A stretch of DNA of 64,000 nucleotides from Calditrichia bacterium (GCA_963796965.1 CAWCNS010000007.1:832001-896000), one strand, 5' to 3'; numbered from the stretch's first letter, positions 19,097 to 31,277 are shown. Made by a program: numbers and translations. Notes: generated by a model not told the origin, from the letters alone.

Positions 19097-22000
19097 CTAT
19101 TCTGAGATGAGTACCAGATTAACCAATGCTTTTAAATAGTTGGTGTTGTGCGGTAGCCAGCATTCATTCGATGCATAGTAGGGAATATCCACACCACTCA
19201 AATCAAACCTGGGCCGATCATCAGCTATAGCGTTCCAGAAGATTCCATTGACTACACTGCCTGGTACAGCACCTCGGGGGACGCCGGCAATAATATAACG
19301 ATGATGATAGGTCGGTGGGTTTTTACTCCCCATGCCCTCCATCATACACAAATCAAAGGGATTATTCCCCATGATCCAGTTAAACTGATCATAAATAAAT
19401 TTCTTGAAACGCGGATCCGGTTCATATTGGTAAGCGAGGGCGACTTTGGCAGCAGACTCTAATAAATAACTGTTTGATCCCAACTCAAATTTGTACTCTT
19501 TTGAAGGCGTTCCGAAGAAATTGGGTTTTTCGACAGGACCATAGGTGCATACACCAAAAGGATTTTGGTTAAGAGTGAGCAATCGTTCCGCCTCTGCCAA
19601 AACAATTGCTTTAATTTGAGCAGAATGATCCTGACCGAAAACCCGATCAAACTCACGGGCAACGACGACATTCTTCAACCCCACTTCTGTGAATAATTCT
19701 TTAGCAATTTCAGCAAAAGAGTCATCTCCAGTTGCAGCATATAAATCGATGGCAGCACTTAATTGCAGATTTCCACGAATATTGTGTTCAAGAGCCCAAT
19801 CGAGTCCCCGTTTGGCAGACTCAACATATTTTACAGCAACCGGTGCATAACGAGCGACTTTAGCACAGGCCGCTGTTTGAATGGTAGGATCATTTCCTGA
19901 AATTGTTTTTAATAGTACCCGCTCATCACCGGTTGATGGAATATTGTCGGTTTCTTGTTCCGGCGCGCCAAAAAAGCCCCACCCTGATGACAATCCACCT
20001 CCCACCGAGCCGTCCTTGTAGATCATCCGACGAGAAAAATCAGACTCCCCATAATATCTCATCAAGAAAATCTGCAGTACCATTCAGGTCTGAATCAATC
20101 CCTTTGAATTTATCCTCGGCAAGACCATAAGCCGTAGCCAACCCCAGAACATAGGGCGCATTGTGATACTTATTGTAGTCCCCGGCATCGTGCCAGCCAC
20201 CTGAAAGATCTAACTGCACAGTATGCTCTTCATTTGCAGCATCGTCCAGGTGACATGCCTTATGGAACCCGGGAATTTCTATACCACAGCGCTGGTAATA
20301 GAAGAACTTGTAAGCCGACTGAGCTGTTTTCTCCCAAAGGAGGTTATCTGCAACGTCAAAGGGCCATGAAATATCATTTTTATCATCCAGGGTTACCCGA
20401 ATTTGATATTTACCGGGCTGCTTAAAACCAGAGAAATCCCCCCGCCAGTAATAAAGACCCCAATCATGCCCAAAGGCTCCTTTAATGCGATCTTTGTAAT
20501 CCAATTTTGCAGAATACACCGAATTTCCACTTTGATCAAGTAACTCGAACTTTCCTGTCTTAGCTGAATAATTACATTGCACTGTAAACAGTTTTGGTGC
20601 ATTCAAATCATAACCTAACTGGTTCACAAGTACCCTCAGCAGGGGACGATTTTTATAATTTCCTGTAATCTCCGCACTATCCCACCAGGCAGGATTATTT
20701 TTTGTTTCACATACGAGTTTCAACCACTTGCTACCACGTGGCGGGGTTAGATTTTCTGCAGAATATTTTACCCAACCATTCTTTAATTCAGAAGAGTACG
20801 TTAAAGAGGCGTTACCGAGAATGCCTTTTAAACCCAACCAAACAAGTTTGACATTATTTGCACCTTTTCCTTTACCAAATATTGTGGCATCGATTGTCTT
20901 CAATTCAGGTGAGACTTCAATCGGTGATGTTGCTAATTGAAATATCCCGCTTTCCGGAACTACTTTTGCCGAATATCTACCAGTTAGAGCGATTGTTGAG
21001 TCCCTATCCCACTCACCATTTGAGTTCGCCTCAGGGATCCAACCACGGGGTCGGTGTGTGCGTTTTTCAAAGATATCTGATCCTGCAGGGTAGTCTCTGG
21101 CATTTCGTACTTCCTTGAATTGCTCAAAATCACCATAATTAAAAAGCGTACGTTTTTCCGTGATTACATCATATTGAGAGGTTGTACCTGATTGAAAACT
21201 GGAGCCACTCTGAGCAGGATCGAACCTGCGCGAGGGCCACAGGATCATATCAGGATTGTAACGGGCATCTATCGTCAGACACCGCAACTTCCGATCGCTG
21301 CCACAAATCAAAATATCAGTTTTAAGATCATTGTCTATATCTGTTATTGTAGGTGAATAGAGCAGCCTTAGATCTGCCTGATAACGCCATTCAAGAAATC
21401 CACCCGGGTTCAGACAATATAGCGAATGATCACCTGAGGCTATCAAGACCTCTATATCCCCATCGGCATCCACATCTCCTAATGAAGCAGTAGCATGTAC
21501 CCGTTTATGTGTCGGGAAATACCAGTAAAGTTCACCCACAGCATTAAGACAATACACATAGCCTAAATCATCACCTAAAACAATTTCAGATAATCCATCC
21601 TCATCCAAATCACCCACCGCGATTGAAGAACCGGAATATATTTTCTGAGCACCAAAAGTTGAAAATTTCCAATTCACGGTTCCGGAGCCGGCGTTAATAG
21701 AATAAAACACACGATCTGCAAAGGCAGCGCAATACAATTCCGCCTGGCCATCCCGATTGGCATCAGCTAAGGTCAGGGCGCTTTCAAAATCATCTCCGGT
21801 TTGCAACTCCCAACGAATCGAACCGTTTGAATTAAGGCAGAATGGTCCGGTGCTGTTTACAGCAAAGATCTCAGATTTACCGTCACCATCGATGTCAGCA
21901 GCGGCTAACGGACCCTTTATAGATACAGAACGTGATTCTGACAATTTAGAATACTGCCACAGGATTTCCCCGGAGGCGTTAAGCGCAGAGATTCCCGCTA

Positions 22001-22458
22001 TCTTCCGTACCCGCTACTATTTCATCCAAGCCATCGCCGTCTAAATCAGTCCAAAGGGCGGTCCCCCAGGTAATCGAACCAACAGATTTTTTCCAAATTT
22101 GGGTTCCATTAGACGCATTTACGCAGGTTAATGTACCATCTCCATTTCCAACAACCAATACAGGATAAGGTTGTCCGGATTTAAAACTGAGTGCAGCGGT
22201 AGTCGGCAGCCTTTTTTTCCAATTTCCGGAAAATTCCCAAATTTGCTTACCCTCAGCGTCAATGCATCGGAGTTTACGGACTTCACTGTCACTGATAATT
22301 GTTTCTTTTCCAGGATTTGAACAGACATCAGCAACCAACGGAGGTGCATACAATTGAGATTCCGCCTGAAAAATCCACTTTTCTTTTGGTTGAGATACAC
22401 CGGAGATTAAATGCGATATCAATCCGAGAGCCAGGGTGAGAGTCACTAGTAATTTCAA
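19097..22458 (-). CDS. Secreted FG-GAP/PQQ-like beta-propeller fused to CBM-like, Ig-like and GH9 domains (two frameshifts, near 21990 and 20050)
   Basis: Signal peptide; repeated DxDGDG loops; VNQLGY, FFYYQRCG, GGWHDAGDYNKY, WIMGNNP, YHHR and NECWLPHN GH9 motifs. Confidence 0.8.
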
Positions 22459-22700
22459 AAGGCCTCCTTATTCTGAATGATTTTAGATGGGGAGTTACAA
22501 TTTAATACATTTAATAGAAAAGGAAAAAGGAATTAATATTGAGGCCGATTTTTACAACTTCGCGACCTCAATATATGGGAGGAAGTAGAAGAAGAGACTA
22601 AATTTTTATCAATTGCTGATAATAGTATTAGAGCAGAATGGTACAATCCTCGCTGATTATAATTATATAGCGTTCGAAGCAGACTGTATTCCTGTTAATA

Positions 22701-25433
22701 CTACAAATGGGTGATATCGACAATCCGCAAAATTCCCATCGGGACATGAACAGGGATCCCTTCTTCTGTAGCAGGCAATTCTATCTTCTGTAAGATATCA
22801 ACAGCTTTAACAACTTTCTGATTATTCAATCGTATTATGGCGTCACGATCACCCGGATCAACATAACCGGGATCTATAAGCGTTACCCGGATATGAGTCG
22901 CGTTCAGTCGGACTGCAGACCAGGCAACATCTCCTTTCACTCTTATTGATAGCCTATTCCCTGCTTCCTCGAGCAAGTTTTGCATAATTGGCTTATAGGT
23001 CTCTGCCGTATGGCGGATACCTTTTTCATCGTAAAAGTATTTTCCATCCGTAGATATTTTTTTATCGAATTGGGGGAAATCGGATACATTTATATCATCA
23101 GGTACAGTTGCAATTAATCCAAAGGGCATGTTCGGTAAAAATTCTGTCATTCGACGTCGACTATTAAACGCATAGGAGGTAAAATCGTGAGCAGGTATTG
23201 GACTGCCTCCCCAAAGTTCTGCCAGATGATCGAAGACAAATGTTTGGCTATCAGGAGAGAATTTATTGATATCATCATGGGCAGATCTGCCCTCTCGCAT
23301 AAAAGCCTCAGAGGGCTCCCTTATTCCAAGACATAGAGAACTTACAGAAAGGATATCAGTCTTATTTTGTGGAAAGGCAAGGATACCCTTCTCCAGCATT
23401 TTATAAAACGTATGCATCTGCACGACAGGGGCATCCCAGTATTGGCGATGAAAGTGGACTTCAAAAACATCAGCACCCAGCGTTCTCCTCAAACTCAGGG
23501 AACGAATCTGATGACTCAACAGCATTGTTTGGCACCATTCCCAGAGACGGTTGAAGCTGAGATTATCCATAACAGCACGCTCTGCCCATTGATCAAAGTA
23601 TCCGGTTAGCCAAAGACCCACCCTGCCACCAAGACTCAACTGCTGTGTCCTGCTGTTGGTCTCCTCCATACAGGGAACAAATATATTGCTGTAACGGCGG
23701 TCCTCCAATAATTCTTTCCAGGTAACATAAAAATTGCCATTCCAGTCAACATATTTCTGATTTAAGATTATCTTTTTATTACCATATTGTGAACATAATT
23801 TAGCCAGTGGAAGGATATGATTTTCGCGTGCATATTGAGCCGCCTCACTAATACTGGTCATTTCTTTAAATGAAAAAGCCTGAAAAGTCGTCGGGGCCAC
23901 CTGCAGAACACCCTCCATAGTCTGGAGTTGCATAAAAAAGGGATCACTGTTATGTCCTGCCCATAGGCCGAAGTTACGTTTTTGCTTTTCCATCTCTCTG
24001 GCAAGATCTATGATCTCTTCTGAAGTTTTGTCATAGGAAAATTTTCTATGTCGTCGGTTAGCCCATCCTTCTTTTAATGAACTTCTATCATAATCCTCAT
24101 TGAATTTTCTTTGACTAAAAAAGGAAACATTTGAATAAGGTTGTATGTCAACCAGAGAATCAATCTCTTCTGCAAACCGGTCATCAAGCAGCACCATTAT
24201 AGGATTAGAATCAGGCTGGTATTCAGGTGGTTCAAACGCCTCAATTTGTGCGTTCAGCTCTGCGAGGTTTTTTTCCAATGTGGCAAGATCTCCAACAGGT
24301 AAGATATTTTCCAACTCTTCCTGCCAACCGGTCCTATCGAGATGAATTCCATAAATACCATCCCCTCCGGAAACAGCACTACCCATGTAATAGATATTAG
24401 TTAACGGATCATATGCAGTTCCAGCAAAGGCATAAGGCATCCTTAGATCGGCCTGGAGAGTTCCATCCATCTGAAAAATGAGAAGATGATTGCCATAACA
24501 GCTTAAGATGTATTCCTGATGTAGTTTATTGCCCGGAATATGCGTAATCAGGCTCATAATATAGGGGATAGGCTCTATCTCAATCTCGCTGCTATCTCTA
24601 TTCATATTTGTAACAAAGGGCTTAGCCGTTGTGGGTAAGGTACTCATTATACCCTGTTCATCATAAACAGTCAATGCGTCAGGCTGATAGTGAGAATGCC
24701 CAAAGACCATTTCCTCTTTTCCATCATTATCTACATCGAAGATTTCAAGACTATAGTAGCGACCACCATTCCGAAGTTTCATATATCGACGCATCTGAAC
24801 TGTCCACACACTATCCATGGTAAGAGGATCAACAAGCTGAAGATTGTACCTGCCGGCAAGGGTCGTAGTTGCAGATGCTACAGCAATATATTCCTTTCCT
24901 GATCCGAATATATCACCCGTATTCAGAAGTCTTACGGCACCGGCTGTTTCAAATTTTCCCAATAATTCGCCATTCGCTGATAGGAAATACAGGTGACGAT
25001 CCACTCCGCCTGTAAGAATATAGGTTTGACCTGACTCCAAACGAATGGTTGCAACCTGGTAGAGAGGTGCAGGTGTAGGAAAAGACCAAATTAGTATGCC
25101 ATTATTGTCAATTACCCTGAGAACGCCATCTCCGGAAGCCACGAGTGATTCATCAAACCCGTCTCCATCAATATCAGAAACTTCCAAATCAAATGGGAAC
25201 TGGCCATCGGTATCCTGCTTCCAAATGGGTTGACCAGTATCATAATGACAGACGATAGAGCCATCATAGGCAGCCCCGATTACAACACGCTTGCCACTGT
25301 CATCGACTGTTCCAACCCCAAGATGGTAAATTGTATGACCACCTGTACTAAAGGCTGTTATCGCGGGCAGAGTGAATCCAACCACAGGGAGACTGATCAG
25401 TATAAACAACAAATATTTAATTAATAATAACAT
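22701..25433 (-). CDS. Secreted lambda-carrageenase-like (GH150-like) protein
   Basis: Signal peptide, N-terminal propeller (DIDGDG), GSAVSGGD, WAGH..DPFF, MEETNSRTQQLSLGGRVGLW, HIRVTLIDPGYVDP. These resemble the CglA family as I recall it; no search was run. Confidence 0.7.
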   Translation of the reverse strand: MLLLIKYLLFILISLPVVGFTLPAITAFSTGGHTIYHLGVGTVDDSGKRVVIGAAYDGSIVCHYDTGQPIWKQDTDGQFPFDLEVSDIDGDGFDESLVASGDGVLRVIDNNGILIWSFPTPAPLYQVATIRLESGQTYILTGGVDRHLYFLSANGELLGKFETAGAVRLLNTGDIFGSGKEYIAVASATTTLAGRYNLQLVDPLTMDSVWTVQMRRYMKLRNGGRYYSLEIFDVDNDGKEEMVFGHSHYQPDALTVYDEQGIMSTLPTTAKPFVTNMNRDSSEIEIEPIPYIMSLITHIPGNKLHQEYILSCYGNHLLIFQMDGTLQADLRMPYAFAGTAYDPLTNIYYMGSAVSGGDGIYGIHLDRTGWQEELENILPVGDLATLEKNLAELNAQIEAFEPPEYQPDSNPIMVLLDDRFAEEIDSLVDIQPYSNVSFFSQRKFNEDYDRSSLKEGWANRRHRKFSYDKTSEEIIDLAREMEKQKRNFGLWAGHNSDPFFMQLQTMEGVLQVAPTTFQAFSFKEMTSISEAAQYARENHILPLAKLCSQYGNKKIILNQKYVDWNGNFYVTWKELLEDRRYSNIFVPCMEETNSRTQQLSLGGRVGLWLTGYFDQWAERAVMDNLSFNRLWEWCQTMLLSHQIRSLSLRRTLGADVFEVHFHRQYWDAPVVQMHTFYKMLEKGILAFPQNKTDILSVSSLCLGIREPSEAFMREGRSAHDDINKFSPDSQTFVFDHLAELWGGSPIPAHDFTSYAFNSRRRMTEFLPNMPFGLIATVPDDINVSDFPQFDKKISTDGKYFYDEKGIRHTAETYKPIMQNLLEEAGNRLSIRVKGDVAWSAVRLNATHIRVTLIDPGYVDPGDRDAIIRLNNQKVVKAVDILQKIELPATEEGIPVHVPMGILRIVDITHL

Positions 25434-25460
25434 TCAATTTAATCTAACTTTGATAATTCA

Positions 25461-25735
25461 TTTCTCGCAAAGACCTGTCTCCGCCAGAGGCGAGAAATGT
25501 AGAGAGGTAGGGTTTAAATTAACTCTATTTTGTCATCCCGTCCCGGAACGGGATCGCGTCTCGGGATAGGGATCTTCCTACTTACAGATACTAAACTTGC
25601 CCGATAGAATATTCTTTTCCCAATGGGATTCCGTTCCGGGACAGAATGACACAATTGTATAAAAAATAATTTGTAAAATTCGTTAAAATCTCCGTCATGC
25701 GCCGCCTGATCCGGCGAAGACGGATAATTAATGGA
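25461..25735. repeat. Nested composite element (interrupted A arm, C unit 25531-25651, interrupted B arm)
   Basis: tttctcgcaaagac[ctgtctccgccagaggcg]; tgtcatcccgtcccggaacgggatcgcgtctcgggata...ccgttccgggacagaatgaca; aaattcgttaaaatc. Confidence 0.85.
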
Positions 25736-25748
25736 AAAAGGAACTGGG

Positions 25749-26795
25749 CTAATCTATAATTCCCTTAGCCTTCATTAATTCCGCACAAAGGATAGCGCCA
25801 CCGGCCGCACCTCTAACCGTATTATGAGATAAGACACTAAATTTATAATCAAAGATGGGGCATTCTCTCAGGCGGCCTACCGAAACGGCCATCCCATTTT
25901 CCAGGTTACGATGTAGACGTGGTTGGGGATAATCATCTTTTTCAAAGTAATGAATTGGCTGTTTTGGCGCAGATGGCAATCCTAACTTTTGAGGTAAGGC
26001 GCTAAAATTTTCCCAGGCCTTAATGAGCTCCTCTCTATTCCCTCTTCTCTTCAACTTCACCTGTACAGATATTAAATGACCGTCAATAACGGCCACACGG
26101 TTACACTGGGCACTGATTGGCAGATCCAACAATTTAACACCCTCAGGCCCTACTTTTCCCAACAACTTCAGGGGCTCCGATTCAATCTTTTGCTCTTCAC
26201 CGCCGATAAAGGGAATGGCATTTTCCATGATCGTTACACCGGATAATCCAGGATAACCCGCCCCGGAGATGGCTTGTAGAGTGACTACATTGACTTGTTC
26301 CAGACCAAAAACATTCAGTAGCGGTTTCAAGGCAATCACCAAACCGATCGTTGAACAATTCGGATTTGTGACAATTTTACCCTTACCATACTTTTGTTGC
26401 TCTAACAGGGATAGATGATCAGGATTGACCTCTGGAATGAGCAAGGGCACATCAGGATCAAAACGATGGTTTTTGGAATTGGATACTACGATATGACCTG
26501 CCCTCGCATATTTTTCTTCAACCTCGCCAGCAACCGATGCATCCAAGCCTGAAAACAATAATGGGCAATCTATTTCAGATTCTGTTGATTTCACGATTAG
26601 ATTGGCGACAGTGGAAGGTATTTTGCCCTCTAAAAACCAGTTAGCAGCCTGGGCGTAGATTTTTCCTGCGGATCGCTCCGAGGCAATTACTTCTTTTACT
26701 TCAAAATAGGGATTATCATCTAATAATTGGATAAATTTTTGTCCAACACTGCCAGTGGCACCAAGGACACCTACCGAAATTTTATTTTCGTTCAC
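25749..26795 (-). CDS. asd: Aspartate-semialdehyde dehydrogenase
   Basis: GATGSVGQ, NPNCST, QAISGAGYPG, HNTVRGAAGG; GTG start with AGGTGA RBS. Confidence 0.96.
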   Translation of the reverse strand: MNENKISVGVLGATGSVGQKFIQLLDDNPYFEVKEVIASERSAGKIYAQAANWFLEGKIPSTVANLIVKSTESEIDCPLLFSGLDASVAGEVEEKYARAGHIVVSNSKNHRFDPDVPLLIPEVNPDHLSLLEQQKYGKGKIVTNPNCSTIGLVIALKPLLNVFGLEQVNVVTLQAISGAGYPGLSGVTIMENAIPFIGGEEQKIESEPLKLLGKVGPEGVKLLDLPISAQCNRVAVIDGHLISVQVKLKRRGNREELIKAWENFSALPQKLGLPSAPKQPIHYFEKDDYPQPRLHRNLENGMAVSVGRLRECPIFDYKFSVLSHNTVRGAAGGAILCAELMKAKGIID

Positions 26796-26841
26796 TTTTC
26801 ACCTGTATACTTAGTAATTTTCAACTATTTCAATTTTCTTC

Positions 26842-27250
26842 CTCTCGCAGAGACGCAGAGACGCAGCGGAAGACAATATTAAATGCAAATTTTATTAAGG
26901 AAGAAGTAAAAGAGTAAAAATAAAAAGATAAAACGAATAACTAATAAGTCTATTCCTGTCATCCCGTCCCGGAACGGGATCGCGTCTCGGGATAAGGATC
27001 TTCCTAGGTGCAAAAAAAATTTCCACAAATAGGAAGATCCTTTCAGGATGACATATAACATACCTATCTAACATTGAATTAGATTGGATATCTTAGTGTT
27101 AAACAGATTACTTAATCCTTACACCCTCTACCCTCTACCCTCTACCATTTCAACTTTTTAAATCCTGGATGATTTAATCCCGATTTATCGAGACGTCGAA
27201 GACCCCGTTATACGGGGGAAATCGATGCTTTATCGGGATACCTTGATTAA
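26842..27250. repeat. Composite element between hisIE and asd (A arm, C unit 26957-27053, CTACCCT heptamers, cccgat..atcggga palindrome)
   Basis: ctctcgcagagacgcagagacgcagcg; C unit sharing 38 identical nt with the 25531 copy; caccctctaccctctaccctctacc; atcccgatttatcg...ccccgttatacgggg...atcgggat. Confidence 0.85.
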
Positions 27251-27847
27251 CTATTTACCATGTCTTTTCGCTAAAACCTCTTCTACCTCTTTTAACGTAA
27301 CACCCTTCTCCGTCAATAGAACGATAAGATGATACAAAAGATCAGCAGATTCTTGTTTTAGATCTTCATTATTACCATTTAATGCCTCAATTATCGTTTC
27401 GGTTGATTCCTCTCCAACCTTTTGAGCAATTTTATTGATACCTTTTGTGAATAATCGTGTTGTATAGGAACCTCTTGGCATTTTTTTCTTGCGATCATGT
27501 ATAATAGACTCTAATTCAGAAAGAAAATTTTCTTCTGAATTATTTTTTTCATTAAAACAGGTATCCTGCCCCGTATGACAAGCTGGTCCAGTCGGTCTGG
27601 CTTTTATTAATAATGTATCATTATCACAATCAGGAAGAATATCCTCTAATAAAAGAAAATTTCCAGAAGTTTCACCCTTGGTCCATAATTGCTGTCGTGA
27701 TCGGCTATAGAAAGTGACTTTTCCCTCTTTCTTGGTTTTCTTTAAGGATTCCTCATTCATATAAGCCAGCATCAAGACCTTTCCTGTTACAGCATCCTGA
27801 ACAATCGCCGGAATTAATCCATTATTTCTTTTAAAATTAAGTTTCAT
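27251..27847 (-). CDS. hisIE: Phosphoribosyl-AMP cyclohydrolase / phosphoribosyl-ATP diphosphatase
   Basis: [38 protein letters not shown]. Confidence 0.97.
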   Translation of the reverse strand: MKLNFKRNNGLIPAIVQDAVTGKVLMLAYMNEESLKKTKKEGKVTFYSRSRQQLWTKGETSGNFLLLEDILPDCDNDTLLIKARPTGPACHTGQDTCFNEKNNSEENFLSELESIIHDRKKKMPRGSYTTRLFTKGINKIAQKVGEESTETIIEALNGNNEDLKQESADLLYHLIVLLTEKGVTLKEVEEVLAKRHGK

Positions 27848-28599
27848 ATACGCACCGGTATTTTATTTTCTTTTAAATAATTTTTTAATCTGGGTATAGG
27901 TATTTCACCAAAATGAAATATACTCGCTGCCAGAGCCGCGTCGGCTTTACCTTCATTAAACACATCAATAAAGTGGTCCATATTGCCCGCCCCCCCTGAG
28001 GCTATTATTGGAACTGGTAGATCTTCAGAAAGAGACCGGGTAATATCCAGGGCATAGCCATTTTTAGTACCATCGTGATTCATGGAGGTTAACAATATCT
28101 CTCCAGCTCCCCTGTCAACTGCTTCCCGGGCCCATTGTTTCGTCCACTTATCGGTTGGTGTTCTTCCACCATGAATATAAACCTGCCAGTCCTCCCCTGT
28201 GTCATAGGTATCTATAGCCAGGACGACACATTGGCTCCCAAAATTAGCGGCTAACTTATCTATCATTCCTGGATTTTCTACGGCTGCCGAATTGATTGAT
28301 ATTTTATCCGCACCCGCTTCTAATAGAACAGACACATCCTGTTCGGTACGGATTCCCCCTCCTACCGTAAAGGGTATATTCAGATGTAAGGCAATATCCT
28401 TTACAAGGGCTTCCAGGGTTGCACGATTTTCAATCGTCGCCGTGATATCAAGAAAAATCAGTTCATCAGCACCCTGTTCTGCATAGGCCTGCCCCAGAGT
28501 AACCGGGTCACCGGCATCGCGGATATCCACAAAATTAACACCTTTAACAGTTGTTCCGTCCATAATATCCAGACAAGGAACGATTCTTTTGGTTAACAT
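27844..28599 (-). CDS. hisF: Imidazole glycerol phosphate synthase cyclase subunit
   Basis: [35 protein letters not shown]. Confidence 0.97.
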   Translation of the reverse strand: MLTKRIVPCLDIMDGTTVKGVNFVDIRDAGDPVTLGQAYAEQGADELIFLDITATIENRATLEALVKDIALHLNIPFTVGGGIRTEQDVSVLLEAGADKISINSAAVENPGMIDKLAANFGSQCVVLAIDTYDTGEDWQVYIHGGRTPTDKWTKQWAREAVDRGAGEILLTSMNHDGTKNGYALDITRSLSEDLPVPIIASGGAGNMDHFIDVFNEGKADAALAASIFHFGEIPIPRLKNYLKENKIPVRI

Positions 28600-29315
28600 A
28601 GGAAAGGTTTTAACTCCTCAAGTTTAATCCGTCCTTCATATAGGGCTTTTCCAATAATCACCCCATCAACCCCTATATCAGCTAAGCGGCCCAGGTCGTC
28701 GATTCCACCAACCCCTCCACTGGCAATTAGATAAATAGAATTAAATTTACTCTTCAATTCTTGATAGAGATCAAGAGCCGGCCCAATTAACACACCATCA
28801 CGGGAAATATCCGTGCAAATTACATATTTAAATCCTTGCTCAAGATGATCTTCAAGAAAGTTGTCGATTTTCAAACTTGTCTCTTCCTGCCAGCCTGATA
28901 TGGCAATCATTCTGTCTCTGACATCAGCTCCAAGAATTATTTTTTCACTCCCATATCTACTTAACCATGAATTTACTAATTGTGGATCCTTGACGGCCAC
29001 ACTTCCAGCGGTCACTTGTCCGGCGCCGGAATCGAATACTCTGCGTATATCTTCATTCGTTTGCACACCGCCGCCAAAATCGATATCTAAATTTGTTTTG
29101 TTTGCCACTTTTTCCAACACAGCCAGATTGATCACTTTTTTGTTTTTGGCACCATCCAGATCTACCATATGTAGACGTTGGACACCACTATCTTCGAATC
29201 TCTGCGCTACCGATACCGGATCGTTATCATACACTTTCTTCGTATCAAAATCACCTTTGGTCAACCGAACGCATTGGCCATCAATAATATCCATGGCAGG
29301 AATAATTGTCATCAT
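28593..29315 (-). CDS. hisA: ProFAR isomerase
   Basis: [30 protein letters not shown]. Confidence 0.97.
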   Translation of the reverse strand: MMTIIPAMDIIDGQCVRLTKGDFDTKKVYDNDPVSVAQRFEDSGVQRLHMVDLDGAKNKKVINLAVLEKVANKTNLDIDFGGGVQTNEDIRRVFDSGAGQVTAGSVAVKDPQLVNSWLSRYGSEKIILGADVRDRMIAISGWQEETSLKIDNFLEDHLEQGFKYVICTDISRDGVLIGPALDLYQELKSKFNSIYLIASGGVGGIDDLGRLADIGVDGVIIGKALYEGRIKLEELKPFLC

Positions 29316-29893
29316 AGTTCTAAAAAATTCCTTAATATCTTTTCACCAACCCTAGCACTTTTCTCCGGGTGAAATTGCACCGCATAAAAGTTGTCCTTTT
29401 GAATGGCAGCACTAAACGTTACAGAATGGGGAGACTCGGCGATTGAATCTGAATTTTGTTCAGCATAATAACTATGTACAAAGTAGACATAACTCTCCTC
29501 CTTAACACCTTCAAACAGCCGGCCCTTTAAATTCTTCAAGATGTTCCAACCCATATGGGGCACTTTATCCGTATCAGGGAATTTTTTTACCTCAACCGGA
29601 AAGATACCCAGCCCCTGGGTGTCATTTTCTTCCGAATGGTTGCACATAAGTTGCAACCCCAGGCAAATCCCTAAAACAGGCTGTTGAAGCGATTTGATTA
29701 ATGTGTCCAACTTTCGTTCTCTGAGATAGGCCATCGCCGAGCTGGCCTCTCCTACCCCTGGAAAAATAACTTTATCGGAAGCCCTTAATTCCGAGGGATC
29801 GTCCGTTACCAAAGGTTCAATCTCCAGTCGCTGAAGTGCCAGGCGAACTGAGTGAAGATTCCCGGCATTATATTTTAAGATAACCACTTTCAT
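29312..29893 (-). CDS. hisH: Imidazole glycerol phosphate synthase glutaminase subunit
   Basis: PGVG, GICLGLQ, YFVHSY, QFHPEKS. Confidence 0.97.
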   Translation of the reverse strand: MKVVILKYNAGNLHSVRLALQRLEIEPLVTDDPSELRASDKVIFPGVGEASSAMAYLRERKLDTLIKSLQQPVLGICLGLQLMCNHSEENDTQGLGIFPVEVKKFPDTDKVPHMGWNILKNLKGRLFEGVKEESYVYFVHSYYAEQNSDSIAESPHSVTFSAAIQKDNFYAVQFHPEKSARVGEKILRNFLEL

Positions 29894-30979
29894 AATACAC
29901 CTTTTGTACTTGGAATGCCCTCGTTGGCATGACGTTTAACGGCCATTTTGAATGATCGTGCTAATCCTTTGAAAATAGCTTCTATTTTATGATGCTCATT
30001 TTTGCCTTTGGCTTTTATATATAAATTGCATTTGGCGCTGTCTGAAAAAGACTTGAAAAAGTGATAAAACATCTCTGTGGGTAGTTCGCCGAGCATTTCA
30101 CGCTTAAAATTCACTTTCCATACCAATTCGTTCCGTCCGGACAAATCCAGGGCAACATGAGCAATTGAATCATCCATAGGCAGCAAAAAACCATAACGCT
30201 CAATTCCCCGTTTATTACCAATTGCCTTCAGAACAGCCTCACCAAGAGCAATCGCCGTGTCCTCCACCGTATGATGTTCATCAACCTGAAGATCACCTTT
30301 TACTTTGATGTTCAAATCGCAGGAAGAATGTTTGGCAAACAGCTCCAACATATGGTCAAAAAAGCCTATACCGGTTGTGATTTTTGATTTCCCTTCGCCA
30401 TCCAGATTAATCTTGATTTTGATATCGGTTTCATTTGTTTTACGTGCGATTTGACCAATCCGGTCCGGAAATCGTAAAAAGTCATAGATCTCATACCAAT
30501 TTGGGGTTACTAATACGGCAGAAGTGCGCTTTTGTTTTCCTAATAGAATGGACTTACTACCCAAATTTTCGGCTAATTTGACATCAGTCATCCGATCACC
30601 GATTACAAATGAATTCTCCAGATCATATTCACCGGTCATATAATGTTTAAGCAGAACAGTACCTGGCTTTCGGGTTGGTTTATTCTCGTGTGGCATGGAT
30701 GGATCTATAATAATTTCGTTAAATTTTACACCTTCTGATTCCAGCGTCTTTAGGATCATATTTTGCACCGGCCAAAAGGTATCTTCCGGAAAAGAGTCCG
30801 TTCCCAGACCATCTTGATTACTGACCATCACCAGTTCATAATCAAGTTCAGTGGCAATGCGATGCAGATTTACGATAACACCCGGATAGAATTCTAATTT
30901 TTCCAGGGCATCGATTTGCTTATCTTCCGGTTCGACTATCATAGTCCCATCCCGGTCTATAAATAAGTACTTTTTTCAT
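29890..30979 (-). CDS. hisB: Bifunctional histidinol-phosphatase / imidazoleglycerol-phosphate dehydratase (extra A in a homopolymer near the start)
   Basis: Restored N-terminus [12 protein letters not shown] (HAD motif); [22 protein letters not shown]. Confidence 0.95.
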
Positions 30980-30989
30980 TCCAATAATG

Positions 30990-31262
30990 TTCCACGAATT
31001 ACGCTCGTAGAACGAGCCAGACCAAATTTTTACGAATTTCACGAATTAATTTATATAAAATATTTTTCCCTCGCAGAGGCGCAGAGAGAAAATTTATGAA
31101 AGGTAAAAGCATGATAATATCTTCTACCACGATGTCATCCCGGAGGGATTTTCCTAATTGCAGATATTAAATTTCCCGTAGGAAGATTTTGCAGAATGAA
31201 ATAAGTATGATAGCAATACAAAGTTTAAGTTTTTCTGCGTCTCTCTGCGGCTCTGCGAGAGA
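30990..31262. repeat. Nested composite element between hisC and hisB (B arm with mini-hairpin insert; A arms enclosing a C unit)
   Basis: tccacgaattac[gctcgtagaacgagccagacc]aaatttttacgaatttcacgaat; ctcgcagaggcgcagagaga...tgtcatcccgg...tctctctgcggctctgcgag. Confidence 0.85.
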
Positions 31263-31277
31263 TAAAATCATATAAGA

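Noticed and set aside
26879..27061. Small ORFs inside repeat composites (also 5818..6081, 25372..25569, 45823..46074) as cognate mobilising proteins
   Set aside because: They are translations of palindromic or low-complexity DNA with no nuclease or transposase motifs.
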